In this document: positions 10,791-20,451 of the stretch, piece by piece
Layout of the letters: each line of letters opens with the position of its first letter
How positions within the stretch are numbered: the first letter of the stretch is position 1
Origin: Nitrospirales bacterium
GTDB taxonomy: Bacteria > Nitrospirota > Nitrospiria > Nitrospirales > UBA8639
NCBI GenBank assembly: GCA_965223295.1
Contig: CBDCWC010000002.1
Location: 1,600,001-1,664,000 of the forward strand
Direction of reading: 5' to 3'
DNA: 64,000 nt
The notes under the pieces: generated by a model
What the model was told of the DNA's origin: nothing
Databases searched by the model: none
What the model saw: only the letters and a program-made list of their open reading frames with translations
Program-made: the position numbers and the translations under genes

Positions 10791-10805
10791 TGATGTTATT
10801 TATCA
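10791..10805. promoter_or_regulatory. Putative Fur box upstream of a TonB-dependent receptor
   Basis: TGATGTTATTTATCA resembles TGATAATnATTATCA, and the context (upstream of a TBDR) fits. Confidence 0.4.
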
Positions 10806-10905
10806 TTTTGGGTACAAAAGGATCTCTCTCCTTCAACCAAGAGTGCTTCCTTTTTCAAGCACTCAATCCCCGCCAGTTTTTTGGCAGCGAGGACGAGGGA
10901 TAAGC

Positions 10906-12963
10906 ATGCAACAGCACTTCTCATGGAGTATCTCTCAAGGCCCATATCTCCGGCTCATGAGCGCCATAGCCGCTTTTACATGTATCATGAGCCTTTGTCT
11001 TGGGACGTCAAACTCCACGGCTTCATCGGATATACCGTCACCCGCAATCAATGAATTGACTTCCGGCATTCTTTCAGAAGACCTCCGTCAAGAACTTCAG
11101 TACCTTCAAGAAGAGGAAGTCATTACCGGAACATGGACATTACATCCTCTGAAAAACTCCCCGGTTCAAGTCAATATCATCACTGACCGAATGATGGAAC
11201 AAGCTGGAGCTACTCACATTCGGCAGACCCTGCAAGATGTTCCTGCCATTCAAATTCGACCGTTCGCCTCAGGCTTCGATTCTTTCCAACTCCAAGGGAT
11301 TCCAGATTCCCAAACCTTATTTATGGTGAATGGACAAGAATTAATTGGGAGCGTCGGAGGGCAACTCTTTACGCGAGGCTTGCTCGCCACTCCAGCATGG
11401 GAATCAATAGAAATTGTGAAAGGCGGCACGTCAGTCCAGTACGGCAGTAATGCAATTTCCGGCGTGATCAATCTCCGCACCAAGTCTGGCGTCGAAAACC
11501 TAGGAGGAACGGTTTTTGGTCAGTATGGGCGACATCAATCTCTCACAGTCTTTGGGGCTCCTGAATTTTCGGTGGGAAAGCTCAGCGGGTACTTTTCATT
11601 CGGCGCAACCAGATCAGACGGGTTCGATCTGACATCCAATCCCCGCACCGATGGGTCTCCTGAATTTTTAACCGCTTTGGCTAGCGGACAAGTCGAGTAT
11701 CGGCTCACCGACCATGTCAAACTGTCTGCGTTTTTGTTGTATACCAACGATACCCGCACAAGCCAACAAAACCCGACGTTGGCAATCCCCAGCAATCGAG
11801 AAAGTGAAACCGCAAACCGTCGTTTGCAAGCCGTGGTACGCATGGATTGGAACCTAGATACGGCATCAACGCTGACCCTCTGGGGACACTATCAAAACTT
11901 TTTTGATGGCGCGGAGGGTATACGACGAGATACGAATGCCATCATCAGGACCACCAGTCGCACCGAAGAACTCTGGGAGCCCCAATTTCAATATACCCGC
12001 TCCATCGGCTCCAGTCATTTGTTCACCCTCGGTGGAGAATATGATTTCCGCCGTGCCCGAGGAGATGCACAGCGGGGAGGCAACGCCTCCGTTGAAGAAG
12101 GAGCACTGTGGATTCAAGATGAAATAACCCTGACTCCATGGCTTCATATGCTGTTAGGAGGACGCTATACCTCCAATACTGATTCTGGAGGATTTTTTAG
12201 TCCACAAGCCAGCGTACTCGTGACTCCAGGGCAATGGCGTGGTCGCTTTAGTTATAGTCGCGGTTTTCGTAGCCCTGACTTGGCCGAAACTGATTTCCTC
12301 TTTGTTGAAACAGGAGGCTTCGGCGTCGTGGGCAATTCCAACTTGCGTCCCACGAAATCACACAGCTTTTTATTGAATCTTGAACGTGAATTTACAAGAG
12401 GCCAAATAGGCCTGACCCTTTTTCGTCACAAAGTCACGAACATCATAGACATTGTTAGCAATCAATGTTCGGCAGAGGAGATCGCAGCCCTAGGAATACC
12501 CTCCTTCCTCTGCTTCAAAGCCAGTAATGAGCAGGATATACGAAGTCAGGGCCTGGAAATTAATAGCACCGTCACACCCTGGTCATGGCTTTCAATGACG
12601 GCCGGCTATATGTATGTTGACGCGGTGGATCTTGATTCAGGCGCACAATTATTTGCCGTCTCACCCCATTCTTTCAAAACACGGGTTCGTTTCCACTGGC
12701 AACAATGGGACGCAACTATTCGCCTGAGGTACTTTTCCTCGTTTGGCCGATTCGACGCCAATGGAAATGGACGGGTCAATCAGAACGAGAAAGCACCTTC
12801 TAATACGCAGCTTGATCTCCGTCTTGCTCGCATGTTGAACCATCAATTCGAAATTTATGGTGGAGCAGAAAATCTGACCGGCGCCCGCATTAATGTCCGA
12901 AGTGTTGTGGTCCCTCCTGAAAGCGACCCCTTTTGGTTTTTTGGGATGCGCGCCCATTTCTAG
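10906..12963 (+). CDS. TonB-dependent outer-membrane receptor
   Basis: Plug motif ESIEIVKGGTSVQYGSNAISGVINL, barrel motifs YSRGFRSPDL and GNSNLRP, C-terminal Phe. Start uncertain (10843, 10906 or 10957). Confidence 0.9.
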   Translation: MQQHFSWSISQGPYLRLMSAIAAFTCIMSLCLGTSNSTASSDIPSPAINELTSGILSEDLRQELQYLQEEEVITGTWTLHPLKNSPVQVNIITDRMMEQAGATHIRQTLQDVPAIQIRPFASGFDSFQLQGIPDSQTLFMVNGQELIGSVGGQLFTRGLLATPAWESIEIVKGGTSVQYGSNAISGVINLRTKSGVENLGGTVFGQYGRHQSLTVFGAPEFSVGKLSGYFSFGATRSDGFDLTSNPRTDGSPEFLTALASGQVEYRLTDHVKLSAFLLYTNDTRTSQQNPTLAIPSNRESETANRRLQAVVRMDWNLDTASTLTLWGHYQNFFDGAEGIRRDTNAIIRTTSRTEELWEPQFQYTRSIGSSHLFTLGGEYDFRRARGDAQRGGNASVEEGALWIQDEITLTPWLHMLLGGRYTSNTDSGGFFSPQASVLVTPGQWRGRFSYSRGFRSPDLAETDFLFVETGGFGVVGNSNLRPTKSHSFLLNLEREFTRGQIGLTLFRHKVTNIIDIVSNQCSAEEIAALGIPSFLCFKASNEQDIRSQGLEINSTVTPWSWLSMTAGYMYVDAVDLDSGAQLFAVSPHSFKTRVRFHWQQWDATIRLRYFSSFGRFDANGNGRVNQNEKAPSNTQLDLRLARMLNHQFEIYGGAENLTGARINVRSVVVPPESDPFWFFGMRAHF

Positions 12964-13058
12964 CAAGCCTCCTTTTCCGTCTGATTCTGGGCTGCTTTCC
13001 GTATAATGTAGACCGAGACCTTCGTGAAATGTTATCGACCGTTTAGTTATAATATCCC

Positions 13059-14021
13059 ATGGCTAACACAACTCGAGACTTTTACCGCATTTTAGGTGTC
13101 TCTAAGACGACTGATCAAAAAGAACTCAAGAAAGCCTATCGACGGCTGGCAAGAAAGTACCATCCGGATTTACATCCCGGAGACAAAAAGGCCGCGATGG
13201 AAAAGAAATTTCAAGAACTCAACGAAGCTTATGAAGTCTTGGGCGATGAGGAGACGCGAAAGAAATACGATCAGTACGGGCCAAATTGGAAAGAAGCCGA
13301 AGCCTATGAACGAGCCCGACAACAAGCAGGCAGCGCCTATCCTGGCGCACAACCTCACTCGGGGTTTTCTCAAGGCGGAGCTGATTTTGGTGATATTTTT
13401 GAAAACATGTTCGGGGGTGGAACACACCGACAAGGCTCTTCGTTCCGAGGCTTTGCCATGGCCGGAGCGGACCTGGAAACTGATCTGCCCATTTCCCTGA
13501 GAGAAGCCTATACCGGAACCAGTCGCACAGTGTCTTTACCTGATTCCACAGGAGGATCTCGACAAATTGAGGTTCGGATTCCTGGTGGGGTGCGAGACGG
13601 CGAACGTCTCCGTGTGAAAGGCAAGGGCGCGCCGGGCCGGGGTGGTGGACCATCCGGGAATCTCTTTTTCCGTGTACATATTGCCCCTCATCCAGTGTTT
13701 CAACGAAAAGATGCCGACATTGTCGTGTCTCTCCCTCTCTGGCCATGGGAAGCCATGTTGGGAACAGAAGTGCAGGTGCCCACATTGTCCGGACCAGTAC
13801 GCTTGAAAATTCCTCCAGGCAGTCAACCACAACAACGTATGCGATTAAAAGGAAAAGGGCTTCCGAAACGAAAAAACGGACATGGTGACCAATTTGTCGT
13901 GTTGAATATCGTTATACCACAAACGATTTCTCCTGAAGAACAACAACTCTATGAGCAATTAGCCAAGCATAATCATCCGGACCCCCGTTCATCCTTGCTT
14001 CATGAGGCCACCCATGACTGA
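13059..14021 (+). CDS. cbpA: Curved DNA-binding DnaJ-class chaperone CbpA
   Basis: J domain with HPD, G/F region and DnaJ C-terminal domain without a zinc finger; followed by a CbpM-like gene. Confidence 0.85.
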   Translation: MANTTRDFYRILGVSKTTDQKELKKAYRRLARKYHPDLHPGDKKAAMEKKFQELNEAYEVLGDEETRKKYDQYGPNWKEAEAYERARQQAGSAYPGAQPHSGFSQGGADFGDIFENMFGGGTHRQGSSFRGFAMAGADLETDLPISLREAYTGTSRTVSLPDSTGGSRQIEVRIPGGVRDGERLRVKGKGAPGRGGGPSGNLFFRVHIAPHPVFQRKDADIVVSLPLWPWEAMLGTEVQVPTLSGPVRLKIPPGSQPQQRMRLKGKGLPKRKNGHGDQFVVLNIVIPQTISPEEQQLYEQLAKHNHPDPRSSLLHEATHD

Positions 14022-14361
14022 CAAATCTCAACCAATCTTGGAAGAAGTCACGGCGGAAATTGTCACCCACGGTTTGTTGCGCCGGGAAGAAGTCTGCGCT
14101 CGACTAGGTATAGGAGATGATTTATTAGAAGTGTGTTTACGATGGGAAATTGTTCGTGTACCTGAGCCAAACGCTCAAGGTACCATTCTGTTTTCTCTTG
14201 ATGCGTTTGATCGACTGCAACGCGGTCTTCGCTTGCACCATGACCTGGGGATTAACTGGCAAGGCGTCAGTGTGGCATTGGAGTTACTGGAACGCATTGA
14301 AGAACTGGAACAACAAGTTCATCATCTCTCAACTCAACATGCCAAGCCTCTCGATATTTAA
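14014..14361 (+). CDS. cbpM: Chaperone modulator CbpM (MerR-like HTH)
   Basis: [27 protein letters not shown] motif; start overlaps the cbpA stop (ATGACTGA). Confidence 0.85.
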   Translation: MTDKSQPILEEVTAEIVTHGLLRREEVCARLGIGDDLLEVCLRWEIVRVPEPNAQGTILFSLDAFDRLQRGLRLHHDLGINWQGVSVALELLERIEELEQQVHHLSTQHAKPLDI

Positions 14362-14385
14362 CAACAACCCGCAACAGAACATTAT

Positions 14386-14574
14386 GGGTCTGTTGAAAAA
14401 ACCGCCAGCGGCATTCTCGTCATTGTTTCGTGTTCACGTACTGCCAGTACGCTCCGCGCGCAAGAATGGCTGCGGCATTGCTGGACGGACTTTTTTGAAC
14501 AGCCCCGAGCCTCTGACATGTGACGTCGCAGAGACGAAATGTGGCCGTTGATATCATCATTATTCAACAGGCCC
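14386..14574 (-). mobile_element. MITE-like element, copy 3
   Basis: Ends GGGTCTGTTGAA / TTCAACAGGCCC; flanked by the direct repeat ATTAT (14381-14385 and 14575-14579). Confidence 0.88.
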
Positions 14575-14703
14575 ATTATCGCTGACGAGGCAATAACCGT
14601 TATAATTTTATATCAGGGGCCTCAAGACACTTACAAAGATAGTAGAGAGCAAACGACAGGAAAAATCTATTGGAACCGAAAAAGAGCGATCCGGGAAGAA
14701 ATT

Positions 14704-15408
14704 TTAGGGGCCAGCTCTTAATTGATGCCCCGTCAAACCATGATAGGCCTCATCAATCGTACTGACTGGAGACACATGCATCAGAAAAGGTGTACGCCAA
14801 TCACCATCTTGCTCATCATAGGCACTAGGGACAAAGACTCGTTGGAAATTGTGGTGATAAGCCGCTAAAAGCTTGAGTTGAATGCCACTGACCGGCCCAA
14901 TAACTCCATGGTCCGTTACCGTTCCAGTTAAGGTTCGCCCTTCAAGCACCTGATCGCCTTTGAGCATCGCCACGACACTCAACCCGACCATGGCCGACAA
15001 GCTTTCTCCATACATCGTCATCCCCGGATAAGGGAACCCTAATAAAATGGTCAATGATTTCCCGGAAAGATTTGCCCCACGTAACGAGCTGACAATGGCT
15101 TGATGAACGGATTTTCTGGCTAGTAGAGAAAAATTTCCAGGTTCCGTATGAAATTGAATTTGCAGCCCGTTCTGATCTTGCCGTTTGTATATATCAATTA
15201 TAATGTTCGAGACTCGACCCACTGGTTCGCGCTGTTTATTGAGAGAGACGCCTAAAATTGGAATGGTCAAATGAGGGATTTGCCGTGTTGATGGCTTCGC
15301 CCACAGACCTCCACTCAGACCGCATATCAAGACGAAAATGACACCACTCACAAGACACCAATAACGACCCTTCACACATCCTCCTATCTCAGGCTGTTCC
15401 ACACTCAT
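14704..15408 (-). CDS. Stand-alone S16 (Lon protease C-terminal) domain protein with N-terminal signal/TM
   Basis: GESLSAMVGL (corresponds to GPSAG), TLTGTV...GVIGPVSGIQLKLLAA (catalytic Lys region), VFVP. Confidence 0.7.
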   Translation of the reverse strand: MSVEQPEIGGCVKGRYWCLVSGVIFVLICGLSGGLWAKPSTRQIPHLTIPILGVSLNKQREPVGRVSNIIIDIYKRQDQNGLQIQFHTEPGNFSLLARKSVHQAIVSSLRGANLSGKSLTILLGFPYPGMTMYGESLSAMVGLSVVAMLKGDQVLEGRTLTGTVTDHGVIGPVSGIQLKLLAAYHHNFQRVFVPSAYDEQDGDWRTPFLMHVSPVSTIDEAYHGLTGHQLRAGP

Positions 15409-16212
15409 CCATTCGTCTATCTTTCATCATACCCCATTTTGTCTCAAATGTCGTAGGCATCCACAACGCCAATAAATAATATATGCCTCATCTTGCTACC
15501 GCACAGCAGAGCCCGGTAAGCCTCTCAAACACCTATTTCTCACCAAGCATCTCTCACCAAATAAAGGGCACTTATAAAAACCGGTGAGGTTGTGAGGGCA
15601 AGGAAGCCACGCGTGGAAAAACGCCGTGGACAGGCGAATACATGAGGGCGCACGGTGCGAAGAGCACCACGTTTGCCCATGCCGAAGTCGTGAGTACGCC
15701 ACTGACGCCACCATCAGGGAAAAGGATAGTTTTTAAAAGTGCCCTAAAGATCATTGGCGACCAACTATTGGTTCTGTCCAGACGTGGCAGAACAACATGA
15801 GACTCAAAAAATTAAGGAGGGTCCCTCAGAAAGTTTTCTCAAAAAACCCCCTTAATTTTCGTCTACTCGACACCCTCCCCATCAGACTCTCGAATAGCCT
15901 AAGTTCATACTCTTCATACCTTTTTTTCTGCCTCGTCTTATCCAAGTCACCTCAAACCCATGCCTTTTTCTTGCCCAGAATAAACGCTATCTTTTGTTTT
16001 TTCCATGTGCTAGGCTTTATCCTTCAAAGCTAGGGGCTTGGCTTTGAGCGAGCCGATCACTGAAGCCCGTAACCGGTGTTGTTTTGCCCGAGAGTTTCCT
16101 GGAAAGTGCCTGACCTCAGTCGCCTCAATCTCGCGTCCGCGGCCGCTCCCTTCCCATTGGTTGATGAATCTCGAGCCAAAAGCAATATCATTTTTTCAAA
16201 AGGAGGAACCCC

Positions 16213-16542
16213 ATGGGTTCAAAATTGTACGTAGGGGGATTGCCGTATTCCGCAACTCAGGACGAGTTAACGGAGTTGTTTGCGGCGCATGGGACCGTTC
16301 AATCAGCCAACATTATTAGCGACAAATTTACCGGACAATCTCGCGGATTTGGTTTCGTGGAAATGTCTTCGCAAGAAGAAGCCACAGCGGCCATAGAAGC
16401 GTTAAACTCCACAGAATTTGGTGGTCGAACATTAACAGTCAACGAAGCTCGCCCCCAAGCCCCACGAACCGGCGGCGGAGGACGCGGCGGATTTGGCGGC
16501 GGTGGAGGAGGGTTTGGCGACAAACGCCGCAGCCGCTTCTAA
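16213..16542 (+). CDS. RRM (RNP-1) RNA-binding protein with Gly-rich tail
   Basis: RNP2 KLYVGGL, RNP1 RGFGFVEM, Gly-rich C-terminus; strong SD AAGGAGG. Confidence 0.95.
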   Translation: MGSKLYVGGLPYSATQDELTELFAAHGTVQSANIISDKFTGQSRGFGFVEMSSQEEATAAIEALNSTEFGGRTLTVNEARPQAPRTGGGGRGGFGGGGGGFGDKRRSRF

Positions 16543-16565
16543 CGAACCTTGCAATATCGCTTACC

Positions 16566-16607
16566 ACAAAGAGGAGAGGTCATAAAGACCTCTCCTCTTT
16601 GTTTTTA
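16566..16607. terminator. Rho-independent, probably bidirectional terminator
   Basis: Perfect 16-bp stem ACAAAGAGGAGAGGTC-ATAAA-GACCTCTCCTCTTTGT followed by a T run, between convergent genes. Confidence 0.85.
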
Positions 16608-16629
16608 ATATGCTCATTGCCTTTTCAGA

Positions 16630-17760
16630 TTATTGAGGTTGCTCTAAGCCTGTAGAACGAGCAAGTGTGTTGGTACCTGCGACTTCCTCCTCAGAGTCTA
16701 AGGGAGCCATCCCCTTAAAAACAGCATCACTTAATTTCCGCTTTTTGACAAATTCGTTAGCAGCTCGACCCGTCGCAAAAAATTGCACATGTCGAGACCT
16801 ACTCGTATCAGGTGTAGCAAAGCTGTTATCGTTGTCCAAGGAAGCAAAGAAAGAAGGCACTTTCACTTCATACCAAGGGTTAAATGGTATTGGTTTCTTA
16901 TTTATATCGAGTTTAGGCGTACCATCCTCGTTCGCCAAAACCCGTTCCTCATTTTCGTTTAACACCACTTTCGTGTGCTTCCCATCTTCATCTACTTTAG
17001 GTTCCCCTTCTTCATCGGCTAAAACAAAATGACCACTATCGTTAAAAACTACCCTAGGTTGTCGTGGATTTTGATCCTGACATCCTTCCTTCGTCATTAC
17101 CGGTGGAATAGCTGACTCTTTTCGATTGTACCCAAGCTTCAAGTTCGTTGGGTACGGACCACCTGTACCATCCCATCCCACCTTAATTCCCACTGTCGTA
17201 TCCGTTGCGAAATAAAAGGCCCTTGTATTTTCGTCACCTTCTCCGAATAGCCAATGCCAAAACTTTTTCAGGGGAGGACGCGAGTCGGGTTTCTTGTCTA
17301 GACAAATCTCAGAATAAAGGCTGTCATCGTCTTCTGTTGAGGTCTCATCATTCTGAACAGGATCACTTCCTGAACCAACTGAACCTGTCGTAATGGCCTT
17401 ACTCGATAGACTCTCATCATCTGTTGTCGACTTTTCGCTTGACTCATTTTTTTTAGCTAGAAATACTGCCGCATCACCCCCTGCAAATAATGAGTTTAGG
17501 CCAGGGCTAAACAATCCTCCTGTTCGACCGAATGAAGCAATCAGCGGGGGCGTTTTCTCTTTTCCTACATTGTCTCTAAAAGCTGGCGCAATAGCCAACT
17601 CTCTTCTAGCGACGGTTATTTCTGCTGTTGGAGGTTTGTTTTCGACATCAAGACCCACATTGGTTTTTGTAACAAAAAGAATTCGGTCATATCCAAAGCA
17701 ACCGCTTAACAATGTCGAGCATAGAAGCATTGTCATACTCAATTTCAAGAAAGTAGTCAT
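16630..17760 (-). CDS. Hypothetical lipoprotein with internal repeats
   Basis: Lipobox LLSGC; twofold beta-rich motif; 28-aa tandem repeat; start overlaps the stop of the upstream gene. Confidence 0.8.
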   Translation of the reverse strand: MTTFLKLSMTMLLCSTLLSGCFGYDRILFVTKTNVGLDVENKPPTAEITVARRELAIAPAFRDNVGKEKTPPLIASFGRTGGLFSPGLNSLFAGGDAAVFLAKKNESSEKSTTDDESLSSKAITTGSVGSGSDPVQNDETSTEDDDSLYSEICLDKKPDSRPPLKKFWHWLFGEGDENTRAFYFATDTTVGIKVGWDGTGGPYPTNLKLGYNRKESAIPPVMTKEGCQDQNPRQPRVVFNDSGHFVLADEEGEPKVDEDGKHTKVVLNENEERVLANEDGTPKLDINKKPIPFNPWYEVKVPSFFASLDNDNSFATPDTSRSRHVQFFATGRAANEFVKKRKLSDAVFKGMAPLDSEEEVAGTNTLARSTGLEQPQ

Positions 17761-18173
17761 GGATGATCCTCCTTGTATTCAAGTGAATCTTTCAGTGCTG
17801 TATCGACAGAAGTTTTTGCCGGATAGGATCCTATCTTAAATTCAAAAAAGTCATTGCTTGGTGGTCGATCAATAGTTAGCGCAGTACTATCATCATAAAT
17901 AAGAATATGTTCACGTTGTGCCCACCCAATACTTATGCCCAATTCGCCATTATCTAAACCTAAAGCAAGCCCAGGTAAGGTTGTCCTCTGAATCAGTGCT
18001 TGCTTTTCATTTGAAGTAGGTGCCACCTTCATCGCAAGGTGACCAATACCCCAGATATGTTCAGCACCCGACTCACGGTCACGGTAATAAACTGCACACC
18101 CGCAGACATGCAAACTTACAATCAGTAGAATAAAAATTCTTAATGTCAGGCTGAACAGGAATGAGAGAACCAT
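17757..18173 (-). CDS. Hypothetical lipoprotein
   Basis: From ATG 18173: hydrophobic signal ending VCGC; translationally coupled to 16630..17760. Confidence 0.7.
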   Translation of the reverse strand: MVLSFLFSLTLRIFILLIVSLHVCGCAVYYRDRESGAEHIWGIGHLAMKVAPTSNEKQALIQRTTLPGLALGLDNGELGISIGWAQREHILIYDDSTALTIDRPPSNDFFEFKIGSYPAKTSVDTALKDSLEYKEDHP

Positions 18174-18215
18174 ATGGTACCGATCCGAAGTAGAGCCTTT
18201 GCTAAAAATAAAGCC

Positions 18216-18402
18216 TGCAAAAGTGAGACCCGGACATTGAATATCAGAAAGAGTGCTTAAAAAAGGAATTCCCCCCAGCAATAAACCCATAAGGTTATCG
18301 TGAATATCTCTTCTTAATCCAAATGATCACTGAAAATTTGTATCTAAAAAGATAAGTCCTGTATCTATTTGGATAATTTTTCGTGATTTTTAATGGAACG
18401 TA
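18216..18402 (-). promoter_or_regulatory. sigma54-like promoter (GG-N10-GC, 18230-18217) with two upstream TATC-N6-GATA boxes (18341-18354, 18362-18375)
   Basis: Minus strand reads GGTCTCACTTTTGCA; boxes are 21 bp apart; the whole arrangement recurs at 23441-23622. Confidence 0.6.
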
Positions 18403-18535
18403 TTCTGAACAGACCAATTGCTTGGCCTAATTTGAAAAAATAGGGGAGGTTTTAGTCTTAGAAAGGAATTAGGAGCAGAGCATTAGGACAGCGACTAATT
18501 TTGGGAAGAGACTGCTAAACGAACCTTCTATAAAA

Positions 18536-18658
18536 GCCATAGAGGCATTCAACTCCTCAGAATTTGGTTGACGTACCTTGACAATCAACGAGACCCACCC
18601 CTAAGCCCCACGCACCGGGGGCGGAAGGTTCGGACACAACGGTGGTAGCAGCTTCTGA
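18536..18658 (+). pseudogene. Decayed 3' fragment of an RRM RNA-binding protein gene
   Basis: Translates AIEAFNSSEFG*RTLTINETHP*APRTGGGRFG..SSF* versus intact AIEALNSTEFGGRTLTVNEARPQAPRTGGG...SRF* at 16390-16542. Confidence 0.9.
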
Positions 18659-18678
18659 TACACATTCCATTCACAGAA

Positions 18679-18709
18679 AAGAGGAGAAGCCTTTTTGACC
18701 TCTCCTCTT
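18679..18709. terminator. Terminator homologous to that of the intact RRM gene
   Basis: AAGAGGAGA...GACCTCTCCTCTT hairpin matching 16569-16599. Confidence 0.75.
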
Positions 18710-18744
18710 GTGTTGTGTCAATTCTATTTTTGATGCCTATGGGC

Positions 18745-19920
18745 TTAGGGCAATTCTTTCAACAATGAAAAAATGTTCTTATAGAGCGTCTTCTGGGCTC
18801 CGATTAGACTGGGATCCGTGAAACACCCGAATCCAATATCCAGATGATCGAAGCTTCTGCCAGTGCTCTCTTTCACTTTTTCATAATACCACTTTCCTGG
18901 CTCAATTGGATTTCTTGTAAATATTCCCTCCCCTCCGACCGGGTGCTCTTTTCCCGTAAAGGGATAGCGTTGCGAGATGGAACTCACTGCTCCATCATTT
19001 TCTCGCCACTTCTCAATCACAAGATCGCCAGATCCCCAACTAGGAATTGGTGGATGATCAAAGTCCACGACAACTCCTTGATAAGCAGCCGTGGCTGCCA
19101 AGGAAGGATTCATTAACGGATCTGGATAATGATTAGAGGTCAGCCAACCTTTCGTGGTTTGTTCCGTGATAAAAGAGAGGTAGTAGGTCTGAGGGTCAGT
19201 TTGAAATCGTTGATTGGCTTCGTATCCCCCTTGAAGGGTGAGATCAAATGCTAAGTTATCCTTTCCTTTCGCATAGTTGCTGCGATCTATCTCAGCGACA
19301 ATATTTTTGAAATTCCCGCCTTTCCCTTTTCCAATCCATTGATCCAGGTCAAAATCAAAAATATTCTCAATGGACCCTCCACCGGCCATCGCAAAAAACT
19401 GAATGGCTTTCCCCAGAACAGGACCCAAAGAACCGACTAACAAGCCAGATTGTTTATCACAGCCCAACATATAGGGGAGCGTCGACCCATTCAAGACCGC
19501 AGACAAACACACCACCGCTTCGATCCATTGGGCGTTGGAACCCCATCCCCAGAAATCATCAGCCAACAACTGCTGCAATCGCAACGCGGTATGGCCTCCA
19601 GCACTATGTCCAATAATGATGACTGGGTTATCTTCTGACCAATCTGGAATCAACCCTTTCCCTGTATAATCATCAGAAAATCGGCTATGTTTTTCGGCTT
19701 CACCATGCGAGGCACCATAGTCAATATGCGTACCTTTGATTTGGGCACCCACTTCACAAGCGCGATCATGAAAGGAACTGACCGGTCCGCAACTCGCCTC
19801 ATGTACCGTAAAACCTTGGTGATCGACCTCGCCAGCATACCCCCAGTACGGCAAACCGCCTAACTCCTTTTTGCCCCAACCAAATAAACCGTGGATTAAG
19901 ACAGTATGCTGTGATTTCAT
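18745..19920 (-). CDS. Lipase (alpha/beta hydrolase, family I.5/I.6-like), no signal peptide
   Basis: IHGLFGWG oxyanion loop, GPVSSFHDRACE, nucleophile motif GHSAGG, WRENDGAVS (Asp), FDHL (His). Confidence 0.88.
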   Translation of the reverse strand: MKSQHTVLIHGLFGWGKKELGGLPYWGYAGEVDHQGFTVHEASCGPVSSFHDRACEVGAQIKGTHIDYGASHGEAEKHSRFSDDYTGKGLIPDWSEDNPVIIIGHSAGGHTALRLQQLLADDFWGWGSNAQWIEAVVCLSAVLNGSTLPYMLGCDKQSGLLVGSLGPVLGKAIQFFAMAGGGSIENIFDFDLDQWIGKGKGGNFKNIVAEIDRSNYAKGKDNLAFDLTLQGGYEANQRFQTDPQTYYLSFITEQTTKGWLTSNHYPDPLMNPSLAATAAYQGVVVDFDHPPIPSWGSGDLVIEKWRENDGAVSSISQRYPFTGKEHPVGGEGIFTRNPIEPGKWYYEKVKESTGRSFDHLDIGFGCFTDPSLIGAQKTLYKNIFSLLKELP

Positions 19921-20078
19921 AACTTGCTTCCTAGATCAGACCTATCCTGCTTCATCTTCACGACAATCTATTTTCCAACAGCACACGGGCTCCCATCCCG
20001 ATTCTTACTGTTTTCAACAAATTCAACTAAATAACGGCACACTAGACGAGCTCACCCTTCACTCACTCCCAAAACTCA

Positions 20079-20402
20079 CTAAACAATTACTTTGGCAACT
20101 TTTTCAGCAATGGCAATCACGCGAGCACCTCGATGTATAATGACAGATACATTTTTCAGTTTCTTCTTTTCACCTTTCAGTTCTTTCGTGATATCTGCAA
20201 GGGCTTTTCTCGCGTCAGTAATTTCAGTATTAGTCTGCCCCGCGCGTATGTCATCAATCTTTCTCCACCATTTGGTCATAGCCTTAATTTGACTATTGAT
20301 TGCCGCGCGATCGATCGAATCAGTAATTTTTTCTCGAATCGCGCCTAAATCTAAGATAATTGTCGCAAGTTCGTCTAAAAATTCCTCAGGGGTAGTCACC
20401 AT
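20079..20402 (-). CDS. Small alpha-helical hypothetical protein
   Basis: ATG 20402 with SD GGAG; 107 aa with amphipathic helical pattern; immediately downstream of the lipoprotein gene. Confidence 0.7.
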   Translation of the reverse strand: MVTTPEEFLDELATIILDLGAIREKITDSIDRAAINSQIKAMTKWWRKIDDIRAGQTNTEITDARKALADITKELKGEKKKLKNVSVIIHRGARVIAIAEKVAKVIV

Positions 20403-20451
20403 TGTTTTCTCCTTTGCTGCTAAACGCTTCGCGGGAAGCACCTGTTTTCAT

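Noticed and set aside
15640-15690. GGGCAAAC on the minus strand resembling a c-di-GMP-I riboswitch
   Set aside because: The GAAA tetraloop and the following GACGCAAAG element are absent.
17757-18290. Track start at 18290 for the small lipoprotein
   Set aside because: The extension would run through the sigma54-like promoter; ATG 18173 gives a proper signal peptide and lipobox.
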